DNA from: Patescibacteria group bacterium
Lineage (GTDB): Bacteria; Patescibacteriota; Minisyncoccia; RBG-13-40-8-A
Length of the DNA stretch: 64,000 nucleotides
Reading direction: 5' to 3'
Assembly (NCBI GenBank): GCA_043807255.1
Contig: JAZDGD010000009.1
Span: 29,476-93,475, forward strand
Notes under the pieces: generated by a model
Told to the model about the DNA's origin: nothing
Database searches by the model: none
What the model saw: only the letters and a program-made list of their open reading frames with translations
In this document: piece by piece, positions 17,734 through 28,017 of the stretch
How the letters are laid out: every line of letters begins with the position of its first letter
Numbering within the stretch: position 1 is the stretch's first letter
Made by a program: the position numbers and the translations under genes

Positions 17734-18857
17734 AATCCCTCCCCTTTTAGTTCTTCGATTAATTCTTCTTGCTTTCTTGATAATTTATGCGGGACTTTGA
17801 TGTGAATTTTTACATACTGATCACCGCGACCATAAGAATTGAGTCGTGGCATCCCCTTGCCCGACAACCTGAAAGTTTTTCCAGCCTCGGTCCCTGCCGG
17901 AATCTTCAATTGCAAATCCCCTTCTAATGTTAAAATATTAATCTTATCTCCTAAAATTGCCTGACTATATTTTATTTCTGTATCAGAATACAAATCATCT
18001 CTTTTGCGTGTAAAATAGTCGTGTTGCTTTAAATGCACCCGCACATACAAATCCCCAGAAACCCCGCCTTTTTTGGCCGCCTCACCTTTCCCAGAAATTT
18101 TTATAGTTTGTTCATTATCAACTCCCGCCGGTAAATCAATCTTAATATTCTCAATTTCGTGGGTTCTTCCCGACCCCTTACATTCCTTACATTCTTTTTC
18201 GTTAAGCTCACCTTCTCCTAAACATTTAGGACAAGTTATAACTTGCGAAAAAGTTCCAAACATAGTTCTTCTGGTTTGTTGAACCTGTCCTTGACCATCA
18301 CATTCTGAACATTTTTTCTTGCCACTCCCCGGTTCTCCGCCAACACCCTTGCAGTGCTTACAAATAATATATTTCTTTAAATTGATTTCTTTAGAAACTC
18401 CTGCAAATGCTTCTTCTAGGTTAATGTCTAAATCAACAACAATGTCTTTGCCTTTTTCTTTTCTTGTTCTGCGTCCACCCCCACCACCATTGCCACCAAA
18501 GAACTGACTGAAAATATCCGAAAATCCACCACCACTTCCACCAAAAATATCGTTTAAATCAAATTCTACATTTTGACCCTGTGACTGATAATTTCTAAAT
18601 ATATCATCCCAACTCATCCCCCCACCAAAACCAGCTTGTCCGCCTTGAGTGGAAAAAATATCTCCAAATTGATCGTATTGCTGACGCTTTTCGTCGTTAG
18701 ACAAAATAGAATATGCCTCATTAATTTCTTTGAATTTCTTCTCATCACCGCCTTTATCGGGATGGTGCTGATGCGCAAGTTTTCTAAAAGCCTGCTTGAT
18801 TTCATCCCTGGAAGCATTTTTTTCTACACCCAATAATTTGTAGTAATCTTTTGACAT
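17730..18857 (-). CDS. dnaJ: Chaperone DnaJ
   Basis: J-domain with HPD, a Gly-rich linker, and four CxxCxGxG repeats. Confidence 0.9.
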   Translation of the reverse strand: MSKDYYKLLGVEKNASRDEIKQAFRKLAHQHHPDKGGDEKKFKEINEAYSILSNDEKRQQYDQFGDIFSTQGGQAGFGGGMSWDDIFRNYQSQGQNVEFDLNDIFGGSGGGFSDIFSQFFGGNGGGGGRRTRKEKGKDIVVDLDINLEEAFAGVSKEINLKKYIICKHCKGVGGEPGSGKKKCSECDGQGQVQQTRRTMFGTFSQVITCPKCLGEGELNEKECKECKGSGRTHEIENIKIDLPAGVDNEQTIKISGKGEAAKKGGVSGDLYVRVHLKQHDYFTRKRDDLYSDTEIKYSQAILGDKINILTLEGDLQLKIPAGTEAGKTFRLSGKGMPRLNSYGRGDQYVKIHIKVPHKLSRKQEELIEELKGEGL

Positions 18858-18929
18858 GTTTTATTAACTTGACAATATATTTATAATATGATAGTATCAA
18901 ATTGACCAAATTTAACAAGGAGGATTCTA

Positions 18930-19112
18930 ATGATTTTAGAGACTTTCGAATCGCAAGAGTTTAGTTCCCTGAAAACGTCAATCGAATTTTATACGAGAGA
19001 AAAGAGGTACAAGGTCTTGTTCGTAAGTATCGCTTTCAACAGCATCGTTGATCCCAAAAAAGATTATTTTCCCTATATCGCTATCGTGGGATTTAAACGA
19101 AAATTTTTTTAA
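18930..19112 (+). CDS. Small hypothetical protein (60 aa) with its own promoter, SD and terminator
   Basis: TTGACA-17-TAGTAT at 18869-18897. AAGGAGG sits 6 nt before the ATG. Terminator hairpin at 19142-19177. Confidence 0.4.
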   Translation: MILETFESQEFSSLKTSIEFYTREKRYKVLFVSIAFNSIVDPKKDYFPYIAIVGFKRKFF

Positions 19113-19184
19113 TCATCGCGTGCTCAATTTTAATTCGATCCGACCCTGATTTTATAAATCGGGGTCATTTTTTTATTTAAAAAG

Positions 19185-20057
19185 TTACAAACTAATCATT
19201 TCTACTTCTTTTTGAATTTTTTCAAATTTAATAAATTTAAACTTGGTTAATAATTTGACCATCCCCCAACTCAACATTATCACTATTCCGACATACAGCA
19301 TGCTCACTATCTTTAGGGTAATGAACAATCCAACCGCCAATCCTAACGGGATTAAATACTGATAAGCACCGGTAACATTGTTTAATTGATAATCAATTAT
19401 TTTATATAAAACTTTTCTGCCCGTGTCATCTTTTTCCACTTTAATCCCAAATTTATTTTCCAATTCTTGTTTTTGTGACTCCTGAAGAATTTTATCGGCA
19501 TTTGAATCTAAATCAATCCCCAATGGAAGCTTTTTCTCAATTAGTCCTTCAAGTGGTTTTAAAATTGCATTTATGGTTTTTTCTGGAACATTTATTTTGG
19601 TCGTACTCTTTCTTGTTAGTTCTGGTGAAAAATAATAAACAATCGAAACAACCAGAATTAAAGCAGTTAAAAATATTGGCAGTCCTCTTTTAAAAATTCT
19701 AAAAAAGTTTAAATCAATTTGGACATCTTCTTCTTTTTTAATCTTTTTAGAAGCAGACATAAATGCCAGGAACAATAAGCCCAAAACAATCAGATAATAT
19801 AACGGTTCGGCGTTGAAGAAAATAAAAAATAGCAACAAGCTAATCACAAATCCACCAAAAAGAATTCGTTTATCTTTAACTAAAAGCATCGTCAAACAAT
19901 TGGCAATGCCGAATAGAACAAAAATTCCCACAATCAATGCCCAATGACTAACGAAATAATTGTGGCCATAAAATATCATTCTTAACATCCACCAACACAA
20001 AAAACTAAATAACACTAAAACACTAGCCAAAACTATTTCTTTTTGTTTCGTTTGCAT
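19185..20057 (-). CDS. Polytopic membrane protein, hypothetical
   Basis: 290 aa with multiple TM helices. Confidence 0.4.
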   Translation of the reverse strand: MQTKQKEIVLASVLVLFSFLCWWMLRMIFYGHNYFVSHWALIVGIFVLFGIANCLTMLLVKDKRILFGGFVISLLLFFIFFNAEPLYYLIVLGLLFLAFMSASKKIKKEEDVQIDLNFFRIFKRGLPIFLTALILVVSIVYYFSPELTRKSTTKINVPEKTINAILKPLEGLIEKKLPLGIDLDSNADKILQESQKQELENKFGIKVEKDDTGRKVLYKIIDYQLNNVTGAYQYLIPLGLAVGLFITLKIVSMLYVGIVIMLSWGMVKLLTKFKFIKFEKIQKEVEMISL

Positions 20058-20095
20058 ATTAGACCAATTAGGTTAATTAGAATAATTAGGTTAAT

Positions 20096-21960
20096 TTATT
20101 TTGTTGTCTCTCCTTCCTGGATATCCGGATTTTTGTCGTCTTTTTTTTGCGCTTCTTGTTGTGCTTTATATAATTCAGTTCCAACTTTTTGAATTGCTTG
20201 CGATAACGATTCTGACGCTTTTTTAATGCCCTCGATATCATCGCTATCTTTTATTTTCTTCAATGCCTCCACCCTGTCTTCAATTTCTTTTTTGTCTTCT
20301 GCTTTTATTTTATCACCAAATTCTTTTATTGTCTTCTCGGTTGAAAAAACTAAAGTATCGGCAGTATTTCTAATATCAACAACTTCTTTTTTCTTTTTAT
20401 CTTCTTCTGCGTGAATCTCTGCGTCTTTTTTCATTTTTTCAATGTCTTCTTTCGATAAACCTGAAGACGCTTCAATCCTAATTGATTGTTTTTTGTTTGT
20501 TGCTTTATCCAAGGCAGAAACATTTAAAACTCCGTTTGCATCAAGATCAAACGTAACTTCAACTTGCGGAATTCCTTTTGGTGCTGGCGGAATGCCATCC
20601 AAAATAAACCTACCTAGAGTTTTATTGTCACCAGCCATTGGTCTTTCGCCCTGAAGCACATGAATTTCAACTGACGGCTGATTGTCGCCTGCGGTAGAAA
20701 ACACCTGTGTCTTTGCAGCTGGAATGGTTGTGTTTTTTCAACCAATCTAGTCATAACACTACCTAAAGTTTCTATCCCCAATGATAATGGAGTGACGTCT
20801 AACAATAAAACATCTTTAACGTCTCCTTGAAATATGCCACCCTGAACAGCGGCACCCAAAGCAACTACTTCGTCGGGATTAATATCTTTGTGTGGTTCCT
20901 TGCCAAACAAATCTTTAACTTTTTGTTGCATTAATGGCATTCTGGTTTGACCGCCAACTAAAACAACTTCATCAATATCGGTAATTTTAAATCCTGAATC
21001 ATCAACAACTTGTTTGGTGATTTTTATTGCTTTGTCGATATATTCGCCAACTAAGTCCTCTAATTTTGCACGAGTAAATTTAACGTTTAAATGTTTTGGT
21101 CCATCCGAACCGCTAGTAATAAATGGAATGTTTACCTCTGTTTCAATCGCCGAAGATAATTCATGTTTTGCTTTTTCGGCAGCGTCTTTTAATCTCTGAA
21201 TTGCTAATTGATCTTTTGCCAAATCAATTCCCTCTTGTTTTTTAAATTCGTCAACAAGCCAATTCATAATGATTTGATCAAAGTCATCTCCGCCCAAGTG
21301 TGTATCGCCACCGGTTGATTTAACTTCGACGGTGTCTTTAGAAACTTCAAGCACTGAGACATCAAACGTTCCACCACCGAAATCAAAAACAACAATTTGC
21401 TCGTCTTTCTTTTTATTCAATCCGTAGGCAAGAGCAGCTGCGGTTGGTTCGTTAATAATTCTTTTAACTTTTAATCCAGCAATTTCCCCAGCGTCAATGG
21501 TCGCTTTTCTTTGTGCGTCATCAAAATAAGCCGGAACAGTAATAACTGCTTCAGTGATTTTTTCTCCCAACTTGTCTTCGGCGTCTTGTTTTAGTTTCTG
21601 TAAAATCATTGCAGAAATTTCAGCTGGTCCTTGCCATTTACCATTTAAATTAACTTCTACCGCACCTTCTTTTGATGCTCTGATTTCATAGGGTAAAAGT
21701 TTTTTATCACGCTGAACTTCGGCATCAGAAAATCTTCTGCCGATTAATCTTTTTACAGAATAAACTGTATTTTTCGAATTGGTTACAGCTTGTCTTTTTG
21801 CTAAAAGACCAACCAAACGTTCGCCTGCTTTTGAAACAGCAACAATCGAAGGAGTTGTTCTGTTTCCTTCTTTGTTTTCAATTATTCTTGGCTCGCCTCC
21901 CTCAACAATTGCCATCGCTGAATTAGTCGTGCCCAAATCGATACCTAATATCTTTGACAT
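20096..21960 (-). CDS. dnaK: Chaperone DnaK (Hsp70); reading frame broken by a -1 shift at a T6 homopolymer (20733-20738)
   Basis: ORFs 20614..21960 and 20096..20704 together span DnaK. With 7 T instead of 6, translation reads ...[33 protein letters not shown]. Confidence 0.85.
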
Positions 21961-22014
21961 ATATTTGCTTGCCCCGTTAAATCTCGCGAAGCGAATATTT
22001 AACTGGGGTTTTAC

Positions 22015-22527
22015 TTACTTATTAATTTTAACCTTACTTGCTCTAATTATTTTATTATTAAACCTATAGCCTTTTTGAATTTCTTCGGCGACAATCCCCT
22101 GTTCGCCACTGTCAACTTCGCCAACTGACTCATGAAACTCTGTGTTAAATTTTTCACCAAGTGCTTGAATTTCTTCGAGCCCTTGGCTTTTTAAAATACC
22201 CTTGAGCTGATTGTAAATCTGCGAAAGCCCGATCGCCTCTGGCGATTTAGAGTCCCCGTGTTTTATTGCTAATTCAAAACTATCTAAAACCGGCAAAATT
22301 TCATAAATCAAACCCTCGTTTGCAAATTTAAAAATTTCGGAAATTTTTGCTTCTTGCTCCTTTTTATAATTTATCAAATCTGCTTTTGCTCTTTGCCATC
22401 CACCCAAATATTCCGCCCTTTCTTGTTCGCAAAGACCCAATTTATCTTTGGTCTTCTTTATTTTGTGTTCGGCTTTTTCCGTATCTTCTTCCGTTTCGTA
22501 TTTAATTTCTTCGTTATCTTTATTCAT
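22015..22527 (-). CDS. grpE: Nucleotide exchange factor GrpE
   Basis: 170 aa, GrpE-like. Sits between hrcA and dnaK. Confidence 0.75.
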   Translation of the reverse strand: MNKDNEEIKYETEEDTEKAEHKIKKTKDKLGLCEQERAEYLGGWQRAKADLINYKKEQEAKISEIFKFANEGLIYEILPVLDSFELAIKHGDSKSPEAIGLSQIYNQLKGILKSQGLEEIQALGEKFNTEFHESVGEVDSGEQGIVAEEIQKGYRFNNKIIRASKVKINK

Positions 22528-23044
22528 AGAATTCCTCTAACATTTCTTTTAGTTTATTAATCAACGAAATATTGTGATCGTAATTTGTTCTCGTTGGACT
22601 TAAAAAACCAACAATTTCGTTTTTATTATTAGGGGTTTTATGCCCCGTAACAATCAATGAATATTTTTTGGTTTTAATCATTGGGATGTCTTTACCAATA
22701 AAAACCTGTGTTGTCTCTTCACCAACTTCCTTAAATAAATAATTAAAGTGTTGTTCAAAAATATCTTCTGTCGATTGTTGATTAATTTCTGTTGAAGCCT
22801 CTGTTTTCTTTTCTGATAAATTTATAAAAAATCGATATGCTTTTTCTGTGGGCACTCTTCCCGCTGATGTGTGTGGCTGATTTAAATACCCCGCCTGTTT
22901 TAATTCCATCATTTCGTTTCTTAGGGTCGCTGAACTTAACCCAAGCTTTTTTTGAGTTAATATTTTTGAACTTACGGGCTTAGAATTCTTAACATAATCT
23001 TTAACAATAAGTTCTAATATTTTTTGTTGTCTTTCTGTTATCAT
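22520..23044 (-). CDS. hrcA: Heat-inducible repressor HrcA (short form; ATG at 23044, the listed ORF uses an upstream TTG)
   Basis: MITERQQKILELIVKDYV...SSATLRNEM..PHTSAGRVPTEKAYRFF matches the HrcA N-terminal domain. Confidence 0.7.
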   Translation of the reverse strand: MITERQQKILELIVKDYVKNSKPVSSKILTQKKLGLSSATLRNEMMELKQAGYLNQPHTSAGRVPTEKAYRFFINLSEKKTEASTEINQQSTEDIFEQHFNYLFKEVGEETTQVFIGKDIPMIKTKKYSLIVTGHKTPNNKNEIVGFLSPTRTNYDHNISLINKLKEMLEEFYE

Positions 23045-23092
23045 AATATTGGCATCGCGCTGAGCGCGATTAGCCAACCACGCTCAGCGTGG

Positions 23093-23119
23093 TTGGCACT
23101 CTATTAATACGAGTGCTAA
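23093..23119. promoter_or_regulatory. CIRCE operator (TTGGCACTC-N9-GAGTGCTAA)
   Basis: Close match to the TTAGCACTC-N9-GAGTGCTAA consensus. Positioned directly upstream of hrcA-grpE-dnaK-dnaJ. Confidence 0.75.
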
Positions 23120-23235
23120 TTCAATATTATTACATAAAATAGAACGTGTCAAGTTTATCCCGACTCCACGTCGGGGCCCGACGCAAGGCCGGGGCAAGGT
23201 TTGTTGTATGAGATTTATTTTGGTATAATTAAGGC

Positions 23236-24150
23236 ATGCAAAAAATTCAAATCAAAAATTTAACTTGGGTTGACATAACTGACCCCAAAAAAGAAGATAT
23301 TGATTATCTTCAATCTTTAAGCTTTCACCCTGTTGTTTTAGGAGAACTACAATCTCCCACTTTGCGACCAAAGGTAGAAGAATATGACAATTATCTTTAT
23401 ATGGTCTTACATTTTCCAATTTACCATCCCAAAGAAAAAACCAGCAAATCAATGGAAATAGATTTTCTTATAACCAAATACTCCCTAATTACAGTACGAT
23501 ATGGAAAAATTCAACCCCTACAAGAGTTCTGGGAAAAATGTAAGTCTGGAGATGAAAGTATATTGTTTAATTACTCTTCTGCTTCTTTGCTCTATTACAT
23601 GCTTCAAGAACTAAATAAATTTTCATTTAGACAAATTGATCATATTACCAAAAAAATAGACGCACTCGAAGAAAAAGTTTTCAAAGAAAGAGACCCTAAA
23701 AACGAGGAAAAATTAGTTGAAGAAATTTCTATCATTAGACGAGACATCCTAGATTTTAGAAGAACCATTAAGCCGCAAGAAACAATTCTTAGTTCTCTAA
23801 AAACCAGAGGTGTCAATTTTTTTGGACAAACCACTCTTCCCTATTTTAACGATATAATTGGAGATCATTTAAGGGTGTGGGAACTATTAGACAATCACAA
23901 GGAAACGATAGAATCGTTACAACAAGCCAATGATTCACTTTTGTCGAACAAAACAAACCGCATTATGAAATTAATTACGTTGTTTGCGGTCATTGTTTTC
24001 CCGCTCAGCTTACTTGCTGCATTGTTTGGCATGAACACCCATTATATGCCAATTGTTGGCATTGAGCATGATTTTTGGATTATCTTAGGAATAATGGCCA
24101 CAGGAACATTCGGAATGATTGCCCTGTTTAAAAGAAAAAAATGGCTATAA
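23236..24150 (+). CDS. corA: CorA-family magnesium transporter
   Basis: FGMNTHYMP (GMN motif) followed by C-terminal TM helices. Confidence 0.75.
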   Translation: MQKIQIKNLTWVDITDPKKEDIDYLQSLSFHPVVLGELQSPTLRPKVEEYDNYLYMVLHFPIYHPKEKTSKSMEIDFLITKYSLITVRYGKIQPLQEFWEKCKSGDESILFNYSSASLLYYMLQELNKFSFRQIDHITKKIDALEEKVFKERDPKNEEKLVEEISIIRRDILDFRRTIKPQETILSSLKTRGVNFFGQTTLPYFNDIIGDHLRVWELLDNHKETIESLQQANDSLLSNKTNRIMKLITLFAVIVFPLSLLAALFGMNTHYMPIVGIEHDFWIILGIMATGTFGMIALFKRKKWL

Positions 24151-25532
24151 GATTATACAATACGCTAACCAGAAAAAAGGAAATTTTTAAACCCATTAAG
24201 AAGGGTTTTGTTGGTATTTATACTTGCGGGCCAACCGTTTATTCTTTTGCTCACATTGGGAATTTAAGAAGTTATGTTTTTGCTGATATTTTAAAAAGAA
24301 TTTTTATTTACAATAAATATAAAGTAAAACACGTAATCAATGTAACTGATGTTGGACATTTAACCTCTGATGCCGATGAAGGCGAAGATAAAATAGAAAA
24401 AGCGGCCTTGCGCGAAAATAAAAAAGCTGAAGATATCGCAAATTATTATTTTGGATTTTTCAAACGAGACCTAGAAAAACTTAATATTTTAAAACCAGAA
24501 ATTTATTGTAAGGCAACCGAACACATTAAAGAACAAATTGAGTTAATCAAAAAGCTTGAAAAAAAAGGATTTACTTATAAAACCTCTGATGGAATTTATT
24601 TTGATACATCTAAAATAAAAGACTACGGTAAGCTTGCACAATTAAAAAAAGAAGGGTTAATTGCTGGCAAGAGAATTGATTTTAAAGAAAAGAAAAATAT
24701 CACTGATTTTGCTTTATGGAAATTCTCCCCGCCTATCGGCGGGGCAAGCTTCTCTCTTAAGAGACAACAGGAATGGAAAAGTCCTTGGGGCGTTGGCTTT
24801 CCCGGCTGGCACATTGAATGCTCGGCAATGTCTATAAAATATCTCAGTGAACATTTTGATATTCATACTGGCGGGATTGACCACATTCCAATTCATCACA
24901 CCAACGAGATTGCCCAGTCCGAAGCAGCTACCGAAAAGAAATTCGTAAATTATTGGATACACGGCGAATTCCTTAATTTTAAAGGGAAAAAAGTTTCGAA
25001 ATCGAAAGGCGGGCTTTATACCGTTTCGGAGTTGCAAGAAAAAGGATTTAATCCCCTTGCATTTCGTTATTTAACATTTATCACTCATTATCGTGACCCA
25101 TTAAATTTTTCCCTAGAATCATTACAAAGCGCACAAGAATCATATAATCGATTAAAAAATATTATATGGGAGAACCGAGACAAAAGAACCAAAAAAGAGT
25201 ATTTGAAAGAATTTCAAAAAGCTATTAACGATGACTTAAATATGCCCAAGGCATTAAGCATTGTTTGGAAAATGGTACGAGACAAGAAACCCGCCCGCAA
25301 CGCCAGCAAGCTGTCTTGCTTGGCAGGCGAGGTGGACAAGGTTTTTGGATTGGATTTGTTAAAGAAAGAAAAGATAGAAATTTCTTCCGGCGTTGAGGAT
25401 TTAATCAAAGACCGCGAACAATCAAGAAAGAATAAGGACTGGCAAAAATCCGACGAGCTTCGTGACAAAATAAAATCCCTCGGTTATACCGTCGAAGACA
25501 CCCCCGAAGGACAAAAAATTAAGAAAATATAA
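24141..25532 (+). CDS. cysS: Cysteinyl-tRNA synthetase
   Basis: HIGN and KVSKSKG (KMSKS) motifs and the SPWG..GWHIECS zinc site. Confidence 0.9.
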   Translation: MAIRLYNTLTRKKEIFKPIKKGFVGIYTCGPTVYSFAHIGNLRSYVFADILKRIFIYNKYKVKHVINVTDVGHLTSDADEGEDKIEKAALRENKKAEDIANYYFGFFKRDLEKLNILKPEIYCKATEHIKEQIELIKKLEKKGFTYKTSDGIYFDTSKIKDYGKLAQLKKEGLIAGKRIDFKEKKNITDFALWKFSPPIGGASFSLKRQQEWKSPWGVGFPGWHIECSAMSIKYLSEHFDIHTGGIDHIPIHHTNEIAQSEAATEKKFVNYWIHGEFLNFKGKKVSKSKGGLYTVSELQEKGFNPLAFRYLTFITHYRDPLNFSLESLQSAQESYNRLKNIIWENRDKRTKKEYLKEFQKAINDDLNMPKALSIVWKMVRDKKPARNASKLSCLAGEVDKVFGLDLLKKEKIEISSGVEDLIKDREQSRKNKDWQKSDELRDKIKSLGYTVEDTPEGQKIKKI

Positions 25533-25604
25533 TACACCAGATATAAACAGATTCTTAGCAAAAGCTCGTTTGACGACGGGCTTTTCGATTGCTAAAATTA
25601 GGGT

Positions 25605-26972
25605 ATGGCAAAACATAACCAAGAGAAACAAGACAAACTTCCACCACAAAGCATTGAAGCAGAACAATCTGTTTTGGGTTCATTGCTTTTAAATAAAAAA
25701 GCGATTATTAGAATTGCTGATATTTTACATCCTGAAGATTTTTATCGCGATACCCACAGAATCATCTATGAAACAATGATTCAGCTTTTTGAAAAAAATG
25801 AACCAATCGATGTTTTGACTGTCGCTTCTCGACTGGAAGACAATGGACAATTGGAAAAAATTGGCGATTCAAGTTATCTAACCAATCTTGTAAATTGCGT
25901 TCCAACTGCCTCTAATATTGTCCATTACGCAAAAATTGTTCAAAGGAAAAAGCTTTTAAGAGACTTAATTGACGCAGCATACGATATTACTCAATTAAGT
26001 TTCGAGGAATCGCAAGATATTGAAAATATTTTAGATCAAGCAGAAAAAAATATATTTGCTGTCTCACAAAAATCATTAAAACAATATTTTATACCAATTA
26101 AACCCGCGCTTGCAGAAGCGTTTGAAAGAATTGATTTAATACACAAACACGAAGGTGGTGCGCTTCGCGGGACCCCAACTGGATTTAAGGATTTAGATAA
26201 TATTTTGGCAGGACTTCAAAAATCCGATTATATCTTATTGGCAGCCAGACCAAGTTTAGGAAAAACCACGTTAGCCCTTGATATCGCCAGACATGTTGCA
26301 ATTAGAGAAAAGAAAACTGTGGGGATTTTCAGTTTAGAAATGTCTTCTGCCCAACTTGTTGATAGAATGCTTTGCGCTGAAGCAAAAATTGATTTATGGA
26401 AATTAAGAACTGGCCGACTTTCAGATAAAGGCGAAGATAATGATTTTTCAAGAATTCAAGAGGCAATGGGAACACTTTCAGAAAGTCCAATATTTATTGA
26501 TGACACCGCTGGCTCGACAGTGCTAGAAATTAAAACTAAAGCCAGACGACTTCAATCAGAACACGAGTTAGGACTAATTATTGTTGATTATATTCAATTA
26601 ATAAATGCTCCTGGATACCAAAACAACCCCGTTCAACAAATGACTGATATTTCCAGATCATTGAAGGCATTGGCACGTGAATTAGATGTTCCCGTTTTAG
26701 CGGTTTCCCAATTAAATCGCGCAACCGAACAAAGATCACCAAGAATCCCGCGTTTATCTGACCTTAGAGAATCCGGCTCCTTAGAGCAAGATGCCGATGT
26801 TGTAATTTTGATTTACAGAGAGGACGTTGACATTAAACAAAGTGAAAGAAAAAATATTGCTGATATTTTTATTGCCAAACACAGAAACGGCCCAACCGGA
26901 CAAATCGAACTTTATTTCGACCAAGACAAGGTAAGCTTTCAAAATCTTGCCAAGCAAACATACGAGGAATAA
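25605..26972 (+). CDS. dnaB: Replicative DNA helicase DnaB
   Basis: Walker A GKT and full-length DnaB-like helicase motifs. Confidence 0.9.
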   Translation: MAKHNQEKQDKLPPQSIEAEQSVLGSLLLNKKAIIRIADILHPEDFYRDTHRIIYETMIQLFEKNEPIDVLTVASRLEDNGQLEKIGDSSYLTNLVNCVPTASNIVHYAKIVQRKKLLRDLIDAAYDITQLSFEESQDIENILDQAEKNIFAVSQKSLKQYFIPIKPALAEAFERIDLIHKHEGGALRGTPTGFKDLDNILAGLQKSDYILLAARPSLGKTTLALDIARHVAIREKKTVGIFSLEMSSAQLVDRMLCAEAKIDLWKLRTGRLSDKGEDNDFSRIQEAMGTLSESPIFIDDTAGSTVLEIKTKARRLQSEHELGLIIVDYIQLINAPGYQNNPVQQMTDISRSLKALARELDVPVLAVSQLNRATEQRSPRIPRLSDLRESGSLEQDADVVILIYREDVDIKQSERKNIADIFIAKHRNGPTGQIELYFDQDKVSFQNLAKQTYEE

Positions 26973-27005
26973 CGTCTAATTATTCTAATTGATCTAATTA
27001 TTCTA

Positions 27006-27626
27006 ATGTTACCAAGATCCATACAAAATTTAATTGATGAGTTTGCCAAACTTCCATCAGTGGGGCCGAGACAAGCGGCTCGTTTTGTTTTTTATTTATT
27101 AAATGAGCCCAAAGAAGATATTGAAAAATTCGCTAAGAAATTATTTATCCTAAAAAAGATTAAACATTGTCATTTCTGTAATCGTGCAATCGAGCCCTCC
27201 TTCGCCAAGGCTACGGAGGGCAAGCCCGCCTTGTGTGATATTTGCAAGAACAAAGATAGAGACAGAAGTTTAATCTGTATTATAGAAAAAGACACCGACA
27301 TTGAATCAATTGAAAAAACTAAAAGATACGATGGCATTTATTATGTAATTGGAACCGAAGATGAAAATATCCAATTGAACCGACTCAAGGATTTAATCTC
27401 GCGAATTAAAAAATCCGAAAAGGAATTAAATGAAATTATTATTGCTACTGACGCCACAACTGAGGGCGAAACAATTGCCCTATATTCCGCAAGACAACTC
27501 GAGGAACTTAAAAAAACCTACCCAGGGCTTAAAATAACCCGCTTAGGACGCGGTTTATCCACTGGAGCAGAGTTAGAGTATATGGACGAAGATACGCTTT
27601 CCAACGCATTGTTGGGGAGAAAATAA
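27006..27626 (+). CDS. recR: Recombination protein RecR (zinc finger carries an inserted loop)
   Basis: C4 zinc finger CHFC...CDIC and a Toprim domain (IIIATDATTEGE). Confidence 0.8.
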   Translation: MLPRSIQNLIDEFAKLPSVGPRQAARFVFYLLNEPKEDIEKFAKKLFILKKIKHCHFCNRAIEPSFAKATEGKPALCDICKNKDRDRSLICIIEKDTDIESIEKTKRYDGIYYVIGTEDENIQLNRLKDLISRIKKSEKELNEIIIATDATTEGETIALYSARQLEELKKTYPGLKITRLGRGLSTGAELEYMDEDTLSNALLGRK

Positions 27627-27642
27627 AGATTTAAGAATAAAA

Positions 27643-27680
27643 AAAACGCCCCGATGAACATCGGGGGCGTTTTTTTTATT
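27643..27680. terminator. Bidirectional intrinsic terminator (aaaaaaacgccccgatgaacatcgggggcgtttttttt)
   Basis: GC stem flanked by an A run on one side and a T run on the other. Lies between the convergent recR and rplU. Confidence 0.7.
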
Positions 27681-27691
27681 ATACAATTCAA

Positions 27692-28006
27692 TTAAGCAGC
27701 AATGATTTCTTTGATTTCGACTTCCGTATATGGTTGTCTGTGGCCTCTTTTTGTGTGCTGTCTTTTTTTTGCTTTGTATTTGAAAACGATAATTTTTTTG
27801 GCCCTGTCTTGTTTTAAAATGGTGCCAGTAACTTTGGCGCCTTTTATAAATGGCTTACCAATTTCAATAACTTTGTCATCTTCAAATAACAAAACATCAG
27901 TGAATTCAACTTGTCCACCCACTTCGCCTTCGAGTTTCTCAATTTTAAGTTTTTGTTTTGGAGAAACAATATATTGTTTCCCGCCAGTTTTTATAATTGC
28001 TAACAT
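27692..28006 (-). CDS. rplU: 50S ribosomal protein L21
   Basis: MLAIIKTGGKQYIVSP..., L21-like. Confidence 0.85.
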   Translation of the reverse strand: MLAIIKTGGKQYIVSPKQKLKIEKLEGEVGGQVEFTDVLLFEDDKVIEIGKPFIKGAKVTGTILKQDRAKKIIVFKYKAKKRQHTKRGHRQPYTEVEIKEIIAA

Positions 28007-28017
28007 ATTTTTATTTA

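Noticed and set aside
22520-23077. hrcA start at 23077 as listed.
   Set aside because: The codon at 23075-23077 is TTG. The conserved HrcA N-terminus starts at the ATG at 23044, and the upstream 33 nt form the palindromic operator region.
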